DNA of 64,000 bases from Candidatus Latescibacterota bacterium (GTDB lineage: Bacteria; Latescibacterota; UBA2968; GCA-2709665), in NCBI GenBank assembly GCA_965226795.1, contig CBDDDZ010000003.1:288001-352000 (forward strand), given 5' to 3'. Each line of letters begins with the position of its first letter. Positions within the stretch are counted from its first letter, which is position 1. Of this stretch, positions 29,536 through 39,441 are shown piece by piece. A program made the position numbers and the translations under genes. Below the pieces are notes generated by a model. It saw nothing but the letters and a program-made list of their open reading frames with translations, did no database searches and had not been told where the DNA came from.

Positions 29536-31365
29536 TCAAATTACGCCGTGAAGGGGGCCGTTGCGCTCACCCAGACGATCGACTTTTCGCGTAATTTGTG
29601 GGTCTTCAACCAGAGGCGGCGCATGGTGGGGCTTCAGACGGGCGTCGATGACCAGTGGCCCGCTGCAGCCCCAGTGTTTGTTTTCAATAAAACTCCTGAC
29701 ACCGTAAATGTCGTGCGATGGGTTTGATCGCGTAAACGTAACCCATAACAGATTGTTCAGCGTGCGCGAGGTGAAGTCGGTGTCGTCCACAAACAGGATC
29801 AGGGGAAAGCCCTGAACCTGATCAGCAAATTCCAGGGCCGCGGTCAGCCGTTGGGCCGTTTCCGCGTCGGCAGGAGTGTTATAGCGGGGCGCTTCTACGG
29901 CTAGAATGCCCGGAAGCGCAACCCGTGGATTTTCTAACGCTTCGGGCAGGATCAGGTTGTGTGGAATCTCGGTGGGCAGATCCCGCCTTTTTGCGCCCGC
30001 CGCGGCGATCACGACCTTGGAACCCTCGTTCAGGCCGGTGCCGGAATAGTCCAGGGTATCGATGGTGGTGCGGGTCTGAAAGTGGAGGTCGCGAGTCCAG
30101 TCCACCCGTTCGAGCAGATGGCGAAGAAAGTCGGCGATGTTGTGAATGTCCAGTTGCGGATTGTCTTCGCCAGCGACGATTAACAGATACTTGGCGAGCG
30201 AGCACGCGCCGAATCCCAGCAGGGCGTTGGCAATGGTAAGGATCTCCTGCGGTTGCCGTGCGCGATAGGGCACGTAACGCTCGCTGCCGATGGCCAGGAG
30301 AAGGGGGTGGACGCCGGCGGCGTCGACGGCGTTGATGGCCTTAAGGCCGGGAAGTTCGACAGGGACCATGGGGCCCGTCAATTCGTGAATGAGTTCCCCG
30401 AAGGCGGTGTCTTCCTGCGGCGGGCGTCCTACAACCGTGAAGGGCCAGACCGCGTCCTTTCGGTGATAAACGGTCTCGACGTTCAACACCGGGAATTCGT
30501 GCGCCAGGCTGTAATATCCCAGGTGGTCGCCGAATGGACCTTCGGGCAGGGTTTCGCCAGGGTTTACGGTGCCCGTTATGCAAAAATCGGCTTCGGCGGA
30601 TATGGTGAAGCCGTTTTTTAGTGCATAACGGAACCGGCGGCCGGCCAGCCCTCCCGCAAAAGCGACTTCGGGCAGGCCTTCGGGAAGGGGCATAACCGCT
30701 GCGAAAGTGTGGGCGGGCGGCCCGCCAACAAAAACGCTTACCCGAAGGGGCTCGCCTTTGGCGATGGCGTTTGTATGGTGGATGCCGATGTCCCGCCGGA
30801 TCTGGTAGTGCAGCCCAACCTCTCTGTCGGGTTCGTACTGGTTGCCCGACATCTGAATCCGGTACATCCCCAGGTTGGATTTGAGAATACCGGGATTCAG
30901 AGGATCTTCGGTGTAAACCTGGGGGAGCAGGATGAAGGCGCCGCCGTCGTCCGGCCAGCACTTGATCTGCGGGAGGCGGGAGATTGTGGTGGTGTGCCTG
31001 AGAACGGGACCGGACCGGACCTTTCGGGGCGGTATATTCGGCGCGATGCGGGCGATACCCGCGGCTTTCCAGGGCGCTTTCAGATAGGCGGGCGGGTCGG
31101 CCTTGATTTCGATAAGACGCCTGACCCACTCGAAGGTGGATCGGAAGATGAAGCGGGAACGCTCAAGCGTGCCGAAAAGGTTCGACACGGCCGGGAAATC
31201 GCAGCCTTTGACGTTCTCGTAAAAAAGGACCGGGCCGCGGGACTGGTAGACGCGGCGGTGAATTTCGGCCATTTCAAGGTTGGGATCCACTTCATCCCGG
31301 ATCCGGACAAGGTGGCCATGTTTTTCCAGGTCCTGGATACAGTGGAGCATGCTTTCGTAACGCAT
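29536..31365 (-). CDS. UbiD family (prFMN-dependent) decarboxylase
   Basis: NLGMYR, EGPFGDHLGYY, VGRPPQED, DTLDYSG. Confidence 0.92.
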   Translation of the reverse strand: MRYESMLHCIQDLEKHGHLVRIRDEVDPNLEMAEIHRRVYQSRGPVLFYENVKGCDFPAVSNLFGTLERSRFIFRSTFEWVRRLIEIKADPPAYLKAPWKAAGIARIAPNIPPRKVRSGPVLRHTTTISRLPQIKCWPDDGGAFILLPQVYTEDPLNPGILKSNLGMYRIQMSGNQYEPDREVGLHYQIRRDIGIHHTNAIAKGEPLRVSVFVGGPPAHTFAAVMPLPEGLPEVAFAGGLAGRRFRYALKNGFTISAEADFCITGTVNPGETLPEGPFGDHLGYYSLAHEFPVLNVETVYHRKDAVWPFTVVGRPPQEDTAFGELIHELTGPMVPVELPGLKAINAVDAAGVHPLLLAIGSERYVPYRARQPQEILTIANALLGFGACSLAKYLLIVAGEDNPQLDIHNIADFLRHLLERVDWTRDLHFQTRTTIDTLDYSGTGLNEGSKVVIAAAGAKRRDLPTEIPHNLILPEALENPRVALPGILAVEAPRYNTPADAETAQRLTAALEFADQVQGFPLILFVDDTDFTSRTLNNLLWVTFTRSNPSHDIYGVRSFIENKHWGCSGPLVIDARLKPHHAPPLVEDPQITRKVDRLGERNGPLHGVI

Positions 31366-31452
31366 CGTTTCCCCGGCTGAAGTGAATTAACGGAGCGATT
31401 GTCGTTTAGACCGGCAACCGGTGAAGCTCGACCAGAGACGCCTGCAGGGCGG

Positions 31453-31468
31453 CTGAGCCTGTCGAAGC
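31453..31468. repeat. Isolated REP-like unit CTGAGCCTGTCGAAG
   Basis: Reverse complement (1 mismatch) of CTTCGACAAGCTCAG at 26003-26017. Confidence 0.5.
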
Positions 31469-31565
31469 CGTGGCGGGCGCCCGTACCTGATCGTTAATGC
31501 AGGACGCTATGTTTTTAGGTAAACAATCCGGATGGCGCTGTCAACACAAAGGTGAGGAATAACAG

Positions 31566-33524
31566 GTGGATCTATCGAAAAGGAAAATCTGTTCGACCGC
31601 TGAGCACGGTTTCCGGACGAGTAACCAATATCGCATCCCAACACGTGACGGGATCTCTCTAGGCGCGACGATAACCCGGCCGTTGGCCGGAGATGCGTAT
31701 CCGGCACTGGTGTGGTACGACCCGTACCGGGGGGGATCGGACGGATCCACGGCGCCGATTGCCCGTTACTTCGCAGAGCGTGGGTATGCATTTGTCTATT
31801 TGAATGCGCGGGGGACGGGTAATTCGGAGGGTGTAAGCAAGGATGAGTATATGGCGGAGGAAACCCAGGACGGATTTGACGCCATCGGATGGCTCGCGGA
31901 TCAGCTATGGTGCAATGGACGTGTGGGGATGCTGGGTACTTCCTATAGCGGTTTCACGACGTTGCAGGTTGCTGCAACGGCTCCGCCTGCGCTGAAGGCG
32001 ATCGCGCCGGCCTATTTTACGGACAGAAGGTATACCGATGACTGTCACTACAAAGGCGGTTGTCTGCGAGGCTTTTATGACATGTTGGCCTACGGCCTGA
32101 ATATGGTGGCGCGCAACGGCCTTCCCCCGTTTCGCGAAGCCGTCGGCGAGCGGTGGAGCGAACTCTGGCAGCAGAGGCTTGAGCAGAACGAGCCGTATCT
32201 GCTGAAGTGGTTTTCCCATCAGGCGGAGGATGACTACTGGGCGGTAGGTTCCATTTCCGGGTGCTACGATCAGATTCAGGCGGCAGCCCTGTTGATCGGC
32301 GGCTGGCACGACGGATACCCGACGCCGCCGTTGCGGGTGTACCGGGCGCTGCGGTCGCCCAAACACCTGCTGATAGGACCGTGGTCTCATGCGTATGGCG
32401 ATCAGTCACACTGTGGACCCCGAATCGACATCTACTATGAATTGCTGCGCTGGTGGGACTGCTGGTTGAAGGAAATGGACAACGGGGTTGTGGACGAACC
32501 CCCGGTACAGATATACCAGCCGGAATTTGAAAAACCGGTGACGGATCGCACAATGATCGCAGGCGAATGGCGGATGGCCGACGATCTGCCTCAGCAGACA
32601 CCCGAGTCTTTCTTTTTGCACGGCAGCAACCTGACTGGCGGCCCGGCAGCCACTGCGGGCGAAGCTTCGATACCCTATCTGCCGGCCGCCTGCCGGCAGG
32701 GTGGGTTGTGGGACGGCGGGACGCCGTTCACGCTTCCGGGAGACCAGCGAGAGGATTCGGCGCGCGCGATCAATTTTGTCTCGCCGCCGCTTGCGAAGGC
32801 CGTAACTATTTTAGGGACGCCGACATTCAGCCTCTATATCAGTTCCGATGTGGAGGTGGTACCGGTGGCAGTCCGGCTATTGGAGATTGCACCCGACGGG
32901 ACTAGCGTGCTTGTCACAAAGGGAATATTGAATGCGACCCGGCGAGAGGGAATGGATCGACCTGTCCCCCTGATTCCGGGCGAGGTCGTTCCAATTGCGT
33001 TTCATTTGGAAGCGACGGCACGGCGATTCACGGACGGACACCGGATCGGGATCAGCATCAACGGATCGGACTTCCCAAACGTATGGCCCACGCCGCAGCA
33101 GGGACGGATCACGATTCACTGGGGACCGGAATACCCGTCGAAGATCACGTTACCGGTATGGAACGGTGGTAGCGATCCGGAATTTGCATATTCGCCTTCG
33201 CCGCATGCCGCTAGGCCTACGGGGTCGGGCGACGCGCCCTGGCAGGTGGTGCACGACGTGCTGGAAGACAGGTACCGTTTCATTCTGTTCGGCGGAGAAG
33301 GAGAGATGGGGGTGTCGAACCGGACCCCGGCAGAGGCCTGGACCCGTTCGAAAAAACAGGCGACGGTGGCGTGGCCAGGGTGCGTGGTGCGTTCCGAAGC
33401 GACCGGATCACTGACGAGCAACGCGGATTGTTTTGTGATGAATCTGGGACTAAACGTATATTTGAACGGTGATCCGTATTTTCAGAAGCAGTGGAGCCAG
33501 ACCGTCAAGAGGCTGTTGTTGTAA
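31566..33524 (+). CDS. CocE/NonD family serine hydrolase
   Basis: RGTGNSEG, GTSYSG nucleophile elbow, GGWHD, GPWSH, PepX_C-like C-terminus. Confidence 0.92.
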   Translation: MDLSKRKICSTAEHGFRTSNQYRIPTRDGISLGATITRPLAGDAYPALVWYDPYRGGSDGSTAPIARYFAERGYAFVYLNARGTGNSEGVSKDEYMAEETQDGFDAIGWLADQLWCNGRVGMLGTSYSGFTTLQVAATAPPALKAIAPAYFTDRRYTDDCHYKGGCLRGFYDMLAYGLNMVARNGLPPFREAVGERWSELWQQRLEQNEPYLLKWFSHQAEDDYWAVGSISGCYDQIQAAALLIGGWHDGYPTPPLRVYRALRSPKHLLIGPWSHAYGDQSHCGPRIDIYYELLRWWDCWLKEMDNGVVDEPPVQIYQPEFEKPVTDRTMIAGEWRMADDLPQQTPESFFLHGSNLTGGPAATAGEASIPYLPAACRQGGLWDGGTPFTLPGDQREDSARAINFVSPPLAKAVTILGTPTFSLYISSDVEVVPVAVRLLEIAPDGTSVLVTKGILNATRREGMDRPVPLIPGEVVPIAFHLEATARRFTDGHRIGISINGSDFPNVWPTPQQGRITIHWGPEYPSKITLPVWNGGSDPEFAYSPSPHAARPTGSGDAPWQVVHDVLEDRYRFILFGGEGEMGVSNRTPAEAWTRSKKQATVAWPGCVVRSEATGSLTSNADCFVMNLGLNVYLNGDPYFQKQWSQTVKRLLL

Positions 33525-33622
33525 GGGAATGGCCTTCGGATCCCGGCGGCGCTGTCAGGTCATCGTACCGCGGAGATCAGGACGTCGGTGAATTCAGCGA
33601 TTTGCTTCCTCGGGAGATTCCA

Positions 33623-34699
33623 ATGCGGGTGGTATTCTACTGGGGCAGGGCGGGGCTTGGGTTCGAAAAAAACAACCCCTACGGCCCATTGCTCGCGCGG
33701 GCGATGGCCCGGCTCGGGGTGGAGTTGGAAGCCGGATACGAAGAAGATCTGAGCGAATCGTGGCTGGTGGACAATCGGGGTCGTGTGGACGTATTGCACC
33801 TGCACTGGCCCTCCTATATGTACAACACGGACGATATGTACGAGAGCGTCAGAAGGTGCGCAGAACTGATCGGCCATCTGACCCTCGCGCGGTTCCTGGG
33901 TTACAGAGTGGTGTGGACGGTCCACAATCTGTATCCGCACGAACGTCCGCATCCGGGGCTGGACCGTCTGGCGAGGCTTGCGATCACGCAGCTTGCGACG
34001 GCCCTGATTGTGCACTGTGAGTACGGCCGCGGGCAGGTGGCGGCGCACTTTCACCGGACGGACGGAATTTTTACAATTCCCCATGGCCATTTTATAGACG
34101 CGTACGAGAATTCGACGTCGCGCGTCGAGGCCAGGAGAAAATTGGGGATTGCCGGGGACGGGTTCGTGTATCTGTTTTTCGGAAACGTGAAACGCTACAA
34201 GGGCGTCGAGCGGCTGCTCGAGGTTTTTTCCCGGCTTCCGGGCGAACATTTGAGGTTGCTCCTGGCCGCAAAGTTGAACAGCGAATACAGCGCGCAGTTG
34301 ATCGCGCAGGCCCGCACCGGCGATCCGAGGATTCTGGCGCATACGGCGGAATTTTTCCCGGACGAGGAACTCCAGCTTTTCTTTAACGCGGCGGACGTTA
34401 TGGTGCTGCCCTTCGTGGATATGCTGACTTCCGGATCGGCGATAACGGCAATGTCTTTCGCGCGTCCGGTAATCGCGCCTGGCATCGGCTGTCTTCCTGA
34501 ACTGTTGGACGATGACTCCGGAATCACATACGACGCAAAGGAGAGGAATGGCCTGAGGCGTGCAATGGAGGAAATCCGGGAGCGGGACATGTCGGTCTGC
34601 TCGGAAAGCGCGTTTCAGCGGGCAAAGGCGTTGTCGTGGGAGGCAATTGCGGAAAGGACGCTGGAGGTGTACGAATACGAACCTGCTTCATCACATTGA
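33623..34699 (+). CDS. Glycosyltransferase family 4
   Basis: NPYG, HLHW, WTVHN, FFGNVKRYKG, ADVMVLPF...SGSAITA; ATG 33623 with GGAG RBS. Confidence 0.9.
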   Translation: MRVVFYWGRAGLGFEKNNPYGPLLARAMARLGVELEAGYEEDLSESWLVDNRGRVDVLHLHWPSYMYNTDDMYESVRRCAELIGHLTLARFLGYRVVWTVHNLYPHERPHPGLDRLARLAITQLATALIVHCEYGRGQVAAHFHRTDGIFTIPHGHFIDAYENSTSRVEARRKLGIAGDGFVYLFFGNVKRYKGVERLLEVFSRLPGEHLRLLLAAKLNSEYSAQLIAQARTGDPRILAHTAEFFPDEELQLFFNAADVMVLPFVDMLTSGSAITAMSFARPVIAPGIGCLPELLDDDSGITYDAKERNGLRRAMEEIRERDMSVCSESAFQRAKALSWEAIAERTLEVYEYEPASSH

Positions 34700-34767
34700 G
34701 ATACCTTGAAACACGGCGCCGAAAGAATTCGGAAGCCGCGACGGGTCAATATTGAGAAGGTTCGGCA

Positions 34768-35592
34768 ATGGCGGAAATGACGTTTGTGATGCTGGGCAGC
34801 GGTGCGGTCCGGGACAACCCGTGTCGGGGCGGACCGGCACAGATGCTTCGGATCGGAGACGAAGTATTGATGTTCGACTGCGGGCGGAGCGCCAGCACGA
34901 ACCTGGCGCGCTCGGGCGTGGGGTGTGAGGAGGTGGATCGGTTGTTTTTGACCCATCTGCACTTCGATCATATTGTGGATGTGCCCTATCTGGTTTTCGT
35001 GGGATGGGTAAAGGTACGAAGTCGTCGATTGAAGATATATGGACCGGTGGGCACCCGGAATTTCGTGGAGCGAATCATCCGGCCGCCCTTTCAACAGGAC
35101 ATCAGCAGCCGGTTGAGTCACGGAAAGGACATTCTGCCGCTCGATCCGGAGGTGGTCGAGGTGGACGGAGCACGCTGTTTTCTGGAGCGAGAGGATTACC
35201 GGATTTCCGCCACGTTTACGGACCATGGGAATATTCCGACCCTGGCCTACCGGGTGGATGCGGGCGATCGTCGTGTGGTCATTACGGGAGATGGAACGCC
35301 CGATGAGGACTTTCCGGCATACTGTAAGGGTGCGGATCTCCTCGCCATCGAGTGTTCGGGCACGCCGGAGTTCCTGGAGACGCAGCCTTGGGGTGCGTGG
35401 CATATCACGCCCGCGGATATTGCGAATATTGCGCAGAAAGCCGAAGTGAAGCGCGTCATGATCAAACACCTGGTGATTGAAGACATTACGGGAGACCGGA
35501 CGTCGCCCTACCAGATGGCGGACCGGATCAGGAGCGGATTTCGGGGCGACGTGATGGTGGCGGAGGACGGGCTGGTCGTTGAGATTGAATAA
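34768..35592 (+). CDS. MBL-fold metallo-hydrolase (RNase Z/AtsA-like)
   Basis: LGSG, FDCG, THLHFDH, TGD motifs. Confidence 0.9.
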   Translation: MAEMTFVMLGSGAVRDNPCRGGPAQMLRIGDEVLMFDCGRSASTNLARSGVGCEEVDRLFLTHLHFDHIVDVPYLVFVGWVKVRSRRLKIYGPVGTRNFVERIIRPPFQQDISSRLSHGKDILPLDPEVVEVDGARCFLEREDYRISATFTDHGNIPTLAYRVDAGDRRVVITGDGTPDEDFPAYCKGADLLAIECSGTPEFLETQPWGAWHITPADIANIAQKAEVKRVMIKHLVIEDITGDRTSPYQMADRIRSGFRGDVMVAEDGLVVEIE

Positions 35593-35606
35593 ATGCTGCG
35601 GCCTAG

Positions 35607-35709
35607 CCGGAAATAGATTGCCTGAATTCGGCCGACGAGTCGCCCGGCTCGCAAGGCGCCTGAGCGAGGCGACCTGCGCAAGGTCGGCCCAACGCAGCGA
35701 GGAGGGATG
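35607..35709. mobile_element. MITE-like element family B, copy 2 (right end truncated)
   Basis: CCGGAAATAGATTGCC...GCAAGGCGCCTGAGCGAGGCGACCT...CAACGCAGCGAG; ends immediately before ATG 35712. Confidence 0.8.
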
Positions 35710-35711
35710 GA

Positions 35712-36461
35712 ATGACCATTGTTGACGGCCATGTGCACGTGGGGTTGACCAAGTACGTCGCCGTTGAAGTGCTGTTGGCGCAGATGGATTCGGCCGGCAT
35801 CGACAAGGCACTGCTGGTGCAGTACGGAGGATGCCACGACAACGCCTATTTAAAAAACTGTATGGACCGTTATCCGGGCCGATTCGCATCTCTGGGAGCC
35901 GTGGACTACGATGCCGCAGACGCGGGCGAGCGAATCCGCCGGGAAGTAGCCGAGTTCGATCTTGCGGGATTGCGAATACCGGCTTCGGTCGAAAACGAGG
36001 CCGTGTGGGAAGCCGCTGGCGAACTGGGCATCATGGCGAGTCTGAGCGGGGGCATGTCAAACATGCTTCATCCCCGGGTGGAGAAATGCATCCAGCGGTA
36101 TCCGGACGCGATGTTTCGCATCGAGCACATGGGATGGTTTCCCGACGTGGAAAAGACACCCGATGAGCCGGAGTACGACCGATTGATGGGGTACGCAAGC
36201 TACGAAAATACAGTATTTATGCTGTCTGGATTCTATGGATTCGGGAAGGGGTATCCCTACGACGAAGCAACACCATTCATCGAGCGGGCACTGGAGCGGT
36301 TCGGCGCCGAGCGGATGATGTGGGGGAGCGATTTCCCGCCCGTGAGTCTTCATGAAACCTGCGAGATGGCGGTAAATATGCCCCGGCGCTGGACGTTCCT
36401 GTCTGAAAACGAACTTGAATGGATCATGGGCAGGACGGCCCTGAAACTGTTCGATTTCTAA
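35712..36461 (+). CDS. Amidohydrolase_2 family protein
   Basis: DGHVH, EHMG, MWGSDFP. Confidence 0.9.
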   Translation: MTIVDGHVHVGLTKYVAVEVLLAQMDSAGIDKALLVQYGGCHDNAYLKNCMDRYPGRFASLGAVDYDAADAGERIRREVAEFDLAGLRIPASVENEAVWEAAGELGIMASLSGGMSNMLHPRVEKCIQRYPDAMFRIEHMGWFPDVEKTPDEPEYDRLMGYASYENTVFMLSGFYGFGKGYPYDEATPFIERALERFGAERMMWGSDFPPVSLHETCEMAVNMPRRWTFLSENELEWIMGRTALKLFDF

Positions 36462-36523
36462 CGGATTCGAAGATCGTCGGGGGAGCGGGCATTGGGAATC
36501 GACAGACATTGAAAGGAGTTTGG

Positions 36524-38260
36524 ATGCGGTACAGCAGGCTGTTTGCGCAGACGCTACGGGAGGCGCCCGCAGACGCGGAGTTGGCCAGCCACCAACTGGC
36601 TCTGCGCGCGGGGTTGATTCGTCCTCTTGCAGCCGGCATTTTCAGCGCCCTGCCGCTGGGACTCCGGGTCGCGCGGAAGATCGAGGCGATATTTCGTAGG
36701 GAGATGGCGGCAATCGACTGCATTGAACTGCTGATGCCGATCGTGCAGCCGGCGGAGTTGTGGCGGGAAAGCGGGAGGTGGAGCGAGGTGGGGCCGGAAA
36801 TGCTTCGGATGCAGGATCGATCGGAGCGGGAAATATGTCTGGCCATGACTCACGAAGAGGCGGTAACGGATCTTGCGCGGCATCTGATCAGGAGCTATCG
36901 ACAGGTGCCAATGTGCGTGTTTCAGATTCAGACGAAATTCCGCGACGAGCCCCGCAGCCGGGGTGGCCTGATACGGGTGCGGGAATTTACGATGAAGGAC
37001 GCGTACAGTTTCGACCTGGATGAATCCGGACTGGATTCGGTCTACCGGGATATGTACCGGGCCTATGAGAATATTTTCCGGCGCGTCGGCCTGGAGGATA
37101 GCGTCGTGTCGGTGGAAAGCGACACTGGCATGATGGGCGGAACCGGGGCGCACGAGTTCATGTATTTGAATCCGGTGGGTGAGGATACGCTGCTCATCTG
37201 CGATGGATGCGGGTACCGCGCGAACCGGCAGATTGCCGTGTATAGGAGAGAGGACGCGATTCGGGAAACACCAGAACCGCTTCAGGAAGTTGCGACGCCG
37301 GGATGCACGACCATTGAGGAACTGACGCGGTTTTTGAACATCCCAGCGAGTCGAACGGCCAAAGCGGTGTTTATGGCAGGTTCCATTCAAGGAGACGAAC
37401 GGTTCATTTTTGCGGTCGTGCGAGGGGATCAGGAGCTAAACGAAACGAAATTGGCCAACGCGGCCGGGGCCGTTGAGATGCGGCCGGCGACAGAGGAGGA
37501 AATCCGGGCGATCGGCGCGGAGCCGGGTTACGGATCCCCGATCGGCATTGCGGAGGATGCGCTGGTGATCGTGGATGACCTGGTGGCGGCATCCGGCAAC
37601 CTGGTGTCCGGGGCGAATAGGGTGGATTATCACTGTTTGAACGTAAACGCGGGTAGGGATTTCGAAGCGGACGTGGTCACCGATCTGGTGGCGGTGGAGG
37701 CGGGGATGCCCTGCGCATCTTGCGGCGCCGCGCTTCGATCGGCGCGTGGGGTCGAAGTGGGGAACATCTTCAAGCTTGGCACGAGGTACAGCGAAAAACT
37801 TGGGGCGACCGTCCTTGATGAGGACGGCAAAACCCGTCCGCTGGTGATGGGATCTTACGGCATCGGCGTCGGCCGCCTGCTTGCATGCGTGATCGAGGCG
37901 CACCACGACGAGCAGGGTATCATCTGGCCGATTTCCGTCGCGCCGTTCCACGTGCATATTGTGGTGCTCTCAGGCAAACGTCCGAAGGGAGAGTTGGAGG
38001 CGGCAGAGCAAATCTGCCGGGATCTCGAAGCCGAGGAAATCGAGGTGCTTCTGGATGACCGGGACGAGCGGGCGGGCGTGAAGTTCAACGATGCGGACCT
38101 GATCGGCATCCCGATTCGGATTACGGTGGGCTCGAGGGGGTTGGCAAGAGGAGAGGTGGAGGTGAAAATGAGAAGCGAACGGGAACGGCAAGACGTTGCA
38201 ATCGATGCGTTGGTGGAGTACGTGAAAGACGTCGTCCGAAACGGGCAGGCAGCATACTGA
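36524..38260 (+). CDS. proS: Proline--tRNA ligase with INS editing domain
   Basis: THEE, FRDEPRSRGGLIRVREF, EVGNIFKLG, GSYGIGVGR; AAGGAG RBS before ATG 36524. Confidence 0.97.
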   Translation: MRYSRLFAQTLREAPADAELASHQLALRAGLIRPLAAGIFSALPLGLRVARKIEAIFRREMAAIDCIELLMPIVQPAELWRESGRWSEVGPEMLRMQDRSEREICLAMTHEEAVTDLARHLIRSYRQVPMCVFQIQTKFRDEPRSRGGLIRVREFTMKDAYSFDLDESGLDSVYRDMYRAYENIFRRVGLEDSVVSVESDTGMMGGTGAHEFMYLNPVGEDTLLICDGCGYRANRQIAVYRREDAIRETPEPLQEVATPGCTTIEELTRFLNIPASRTAKAVFMAGSIQGDERFIFAVVRGDQELNETKLANAAGAVEMRPATEEEIRAIGAEPGYGSPIGIAEDALVIVDDLVAASGNLVSGANRVDYHCLNVNAGRDFEADVVTDLVAVEAGMPCASCGAALRSARGVEVGNIFKLGTRYSEKLGATVLDEDGKTRPLVMGSYGIGVGRLLACVIEAHHDEQGIIWPISVAPFHVHIVVLSGKRPKGELEAAEQICRDLEAEEIEVLLDDRDERAGVKFNDADLIGIPIRITVGSRGLARGEVEVKMRSERERQDVAIDALVEYVKDVVRNGQAAY

Positions 38261-38311
38261 AGTCACGATCGCTATTCCCTGCAATCTGGATGTTTCAGCC
38301 GGGAGGTTCAG

Positions 38312-38773
38312 ATGTCTGTTGAGGAGAGGCTCGCCGCACTTGGAATCGCGTTGCCGGAACCGCCGTCACCCGCGGGCGCTTACGTGCCCGCGAAGCGTAC
38401 CGGAAATCTGATTTTCGTCGCCGGCCAGCTCCCGATGACAGGTGGCGAGTTGAAGTATACGGGCAGGGTGGGGGCGGATGTGACCGTTGAGGACGGATAT
38501 GAAGCGGCGAAACTCTGCGCGCTGAATGCGTTGAGCGTCTTGAACGCCGAGGCGGGTTCGCTGGATGCCGTCGTCCAACTGGTGCGCGTGGAGGGGTTTG
38601 TCCGTTCGGCGGAGGGATTCACGGATCAGCCGAAAGTGATCAACGGGGCGTCGGAGTTGTTCGCACAGGTGCTGGGCGACAGAGGCAGCCACGCCCGTCT
38701 GGCCATCGGGGCGAACGAATTGCCGCTCGGCGCCTGCGTGGAACTCTCGGTAATTGCGGAGGTCGATAGGTGA
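38312..38773 (+). CDS. RidA/YjgF family protein
   Basis: AGAYVP, FVAGQLP, VINGASEL, HARLAIG, LPLGACVE. Confidence 0.92.
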   Translation: MSVEERLAALGIALPEPPSPAGAYVPAKRTGNLIFVAGQLPMTGGELKYTGRVGADVTVEDGYEAAKLCALNALSVLNAEAGSLDAVVQLVRVEGFVRSAEGFTDQPKVINGASELFAQVLGDRGSHARLAIGANELPLGACVELSVIAEVDR

Positions 38774-38797
38774 ATAGCGGGCTTGCCGCGTCCAGGC

Positions 38798-38830
38798 TTG
38801 ACATGACTGGAGTAATTCATTAACGTTAAT
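38798..38830 (+). promoter_or_regulatory. Putative sigma70 promoter with a palindrome over the -10 box
   Basis: TTGACA(38798)-N17-TAACGT; perfect 12-bp palindrome ATTAACGTTAAT at 38819-38830. Confidence 0.55.
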
Positions 38831-38882
38831 TTATCTTACGATTATGGGTCGATAAAGGACGCGCTACTCAGCGGGGGCAGGT

Positions 38883-39113
38883 ATGAATACGGCATATATC
38901 AAGTTCAATAGTCGCGAACATCAGGTTAAGGGCTATTACGAGCTGGCGAACCATGCGACGGTGAGCAGCTTGTCGGATGGTGTATATATCGTGCCTGTTC
39001 AAGCGTTGTCGATTCTGGATAAGAGAGATATTGCATATCGCCAGGCCTCGGATGACGAGGTTGATAAGTCTTATGCGCAGATTCGAAATCCTGCTGCCTC
39101 TGTATTACAATGA
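38883..39113 (+). CDS. Small hypothetical protein (putative antitoxin-like partner)
   Basis: 76-aa ORF, AT-richer than flanks, overlaps the next gene by 41 nt. Confidence 0.65.
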   Translation: MNTAYIKFNSREHQVKGYYELANHATVSSLSDGVYIVPVQALSILDKRDIAYRQASDDEVDKSYAQIRNPAASVLQ

Positions 39114-39381
39114 TGGTCGCCGGATTGAAGAGGAGAAATTTACCGTGACGAATGAGGAATTCGTGGCGGAATTTGGTGCAACAAGCACGGATACAATTGT
39201 CGTCACAGGTCGATGGAAATATCAGAGTACTCGCTATGAGGATCGGTTGATTCGTATCCGCATCGATACCGAAGATTCCCAGGAAAACATTGCATTTTTC
39301 AGGAAATACAAAGAAACCCTAAAGACTAGTTTTGACCAGAAGGATATCTGGATTACCGCTCAACAAACAGATGTGATCTGA
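39073..39381 (+). CDS. Small hypothetical protein (MRRFEILLPLYYNDG type)
   Basis: 102 aa from ATG 39073; alternating beta/alpha pattern ending FDQKDIWIT; followed by a terminator. Confidence 0.7.
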   Translation: MRRFEILLPLYYNDGRRIEEEKFTVTNEEFVAEFGATSTDTIVVTGRWKYQSTRYEDRLIRIRIDTEDSQENIAFFRKYKETLKTSFDQKDIWITAQQTDVI

Positions 39382-39410
39382 AACAGGTCAGATAGGACGT
39401 TCGAAGGCGA

Positions 39411-39441
39411 CCCTGGAGACGCGATCTCCGGGGCTTTTTTC
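39411..39441 (+). terminator. Intrinsic terminator
   Basis: CCCTGGAGA-CGCGA-TCTCCGGGG then CTTTTTT. Confidence 0.7.

Noticed and set aside
34615..35889. Minus-strand ORFs sharing the peptide SLRWADLAQVASLRRLASRATRRPN (also 51961-53181 and 25875-26222)
   Set aside because: The shared peptide is a translation of repeat family B and the ORFs overlap real genes; not called as CDS.
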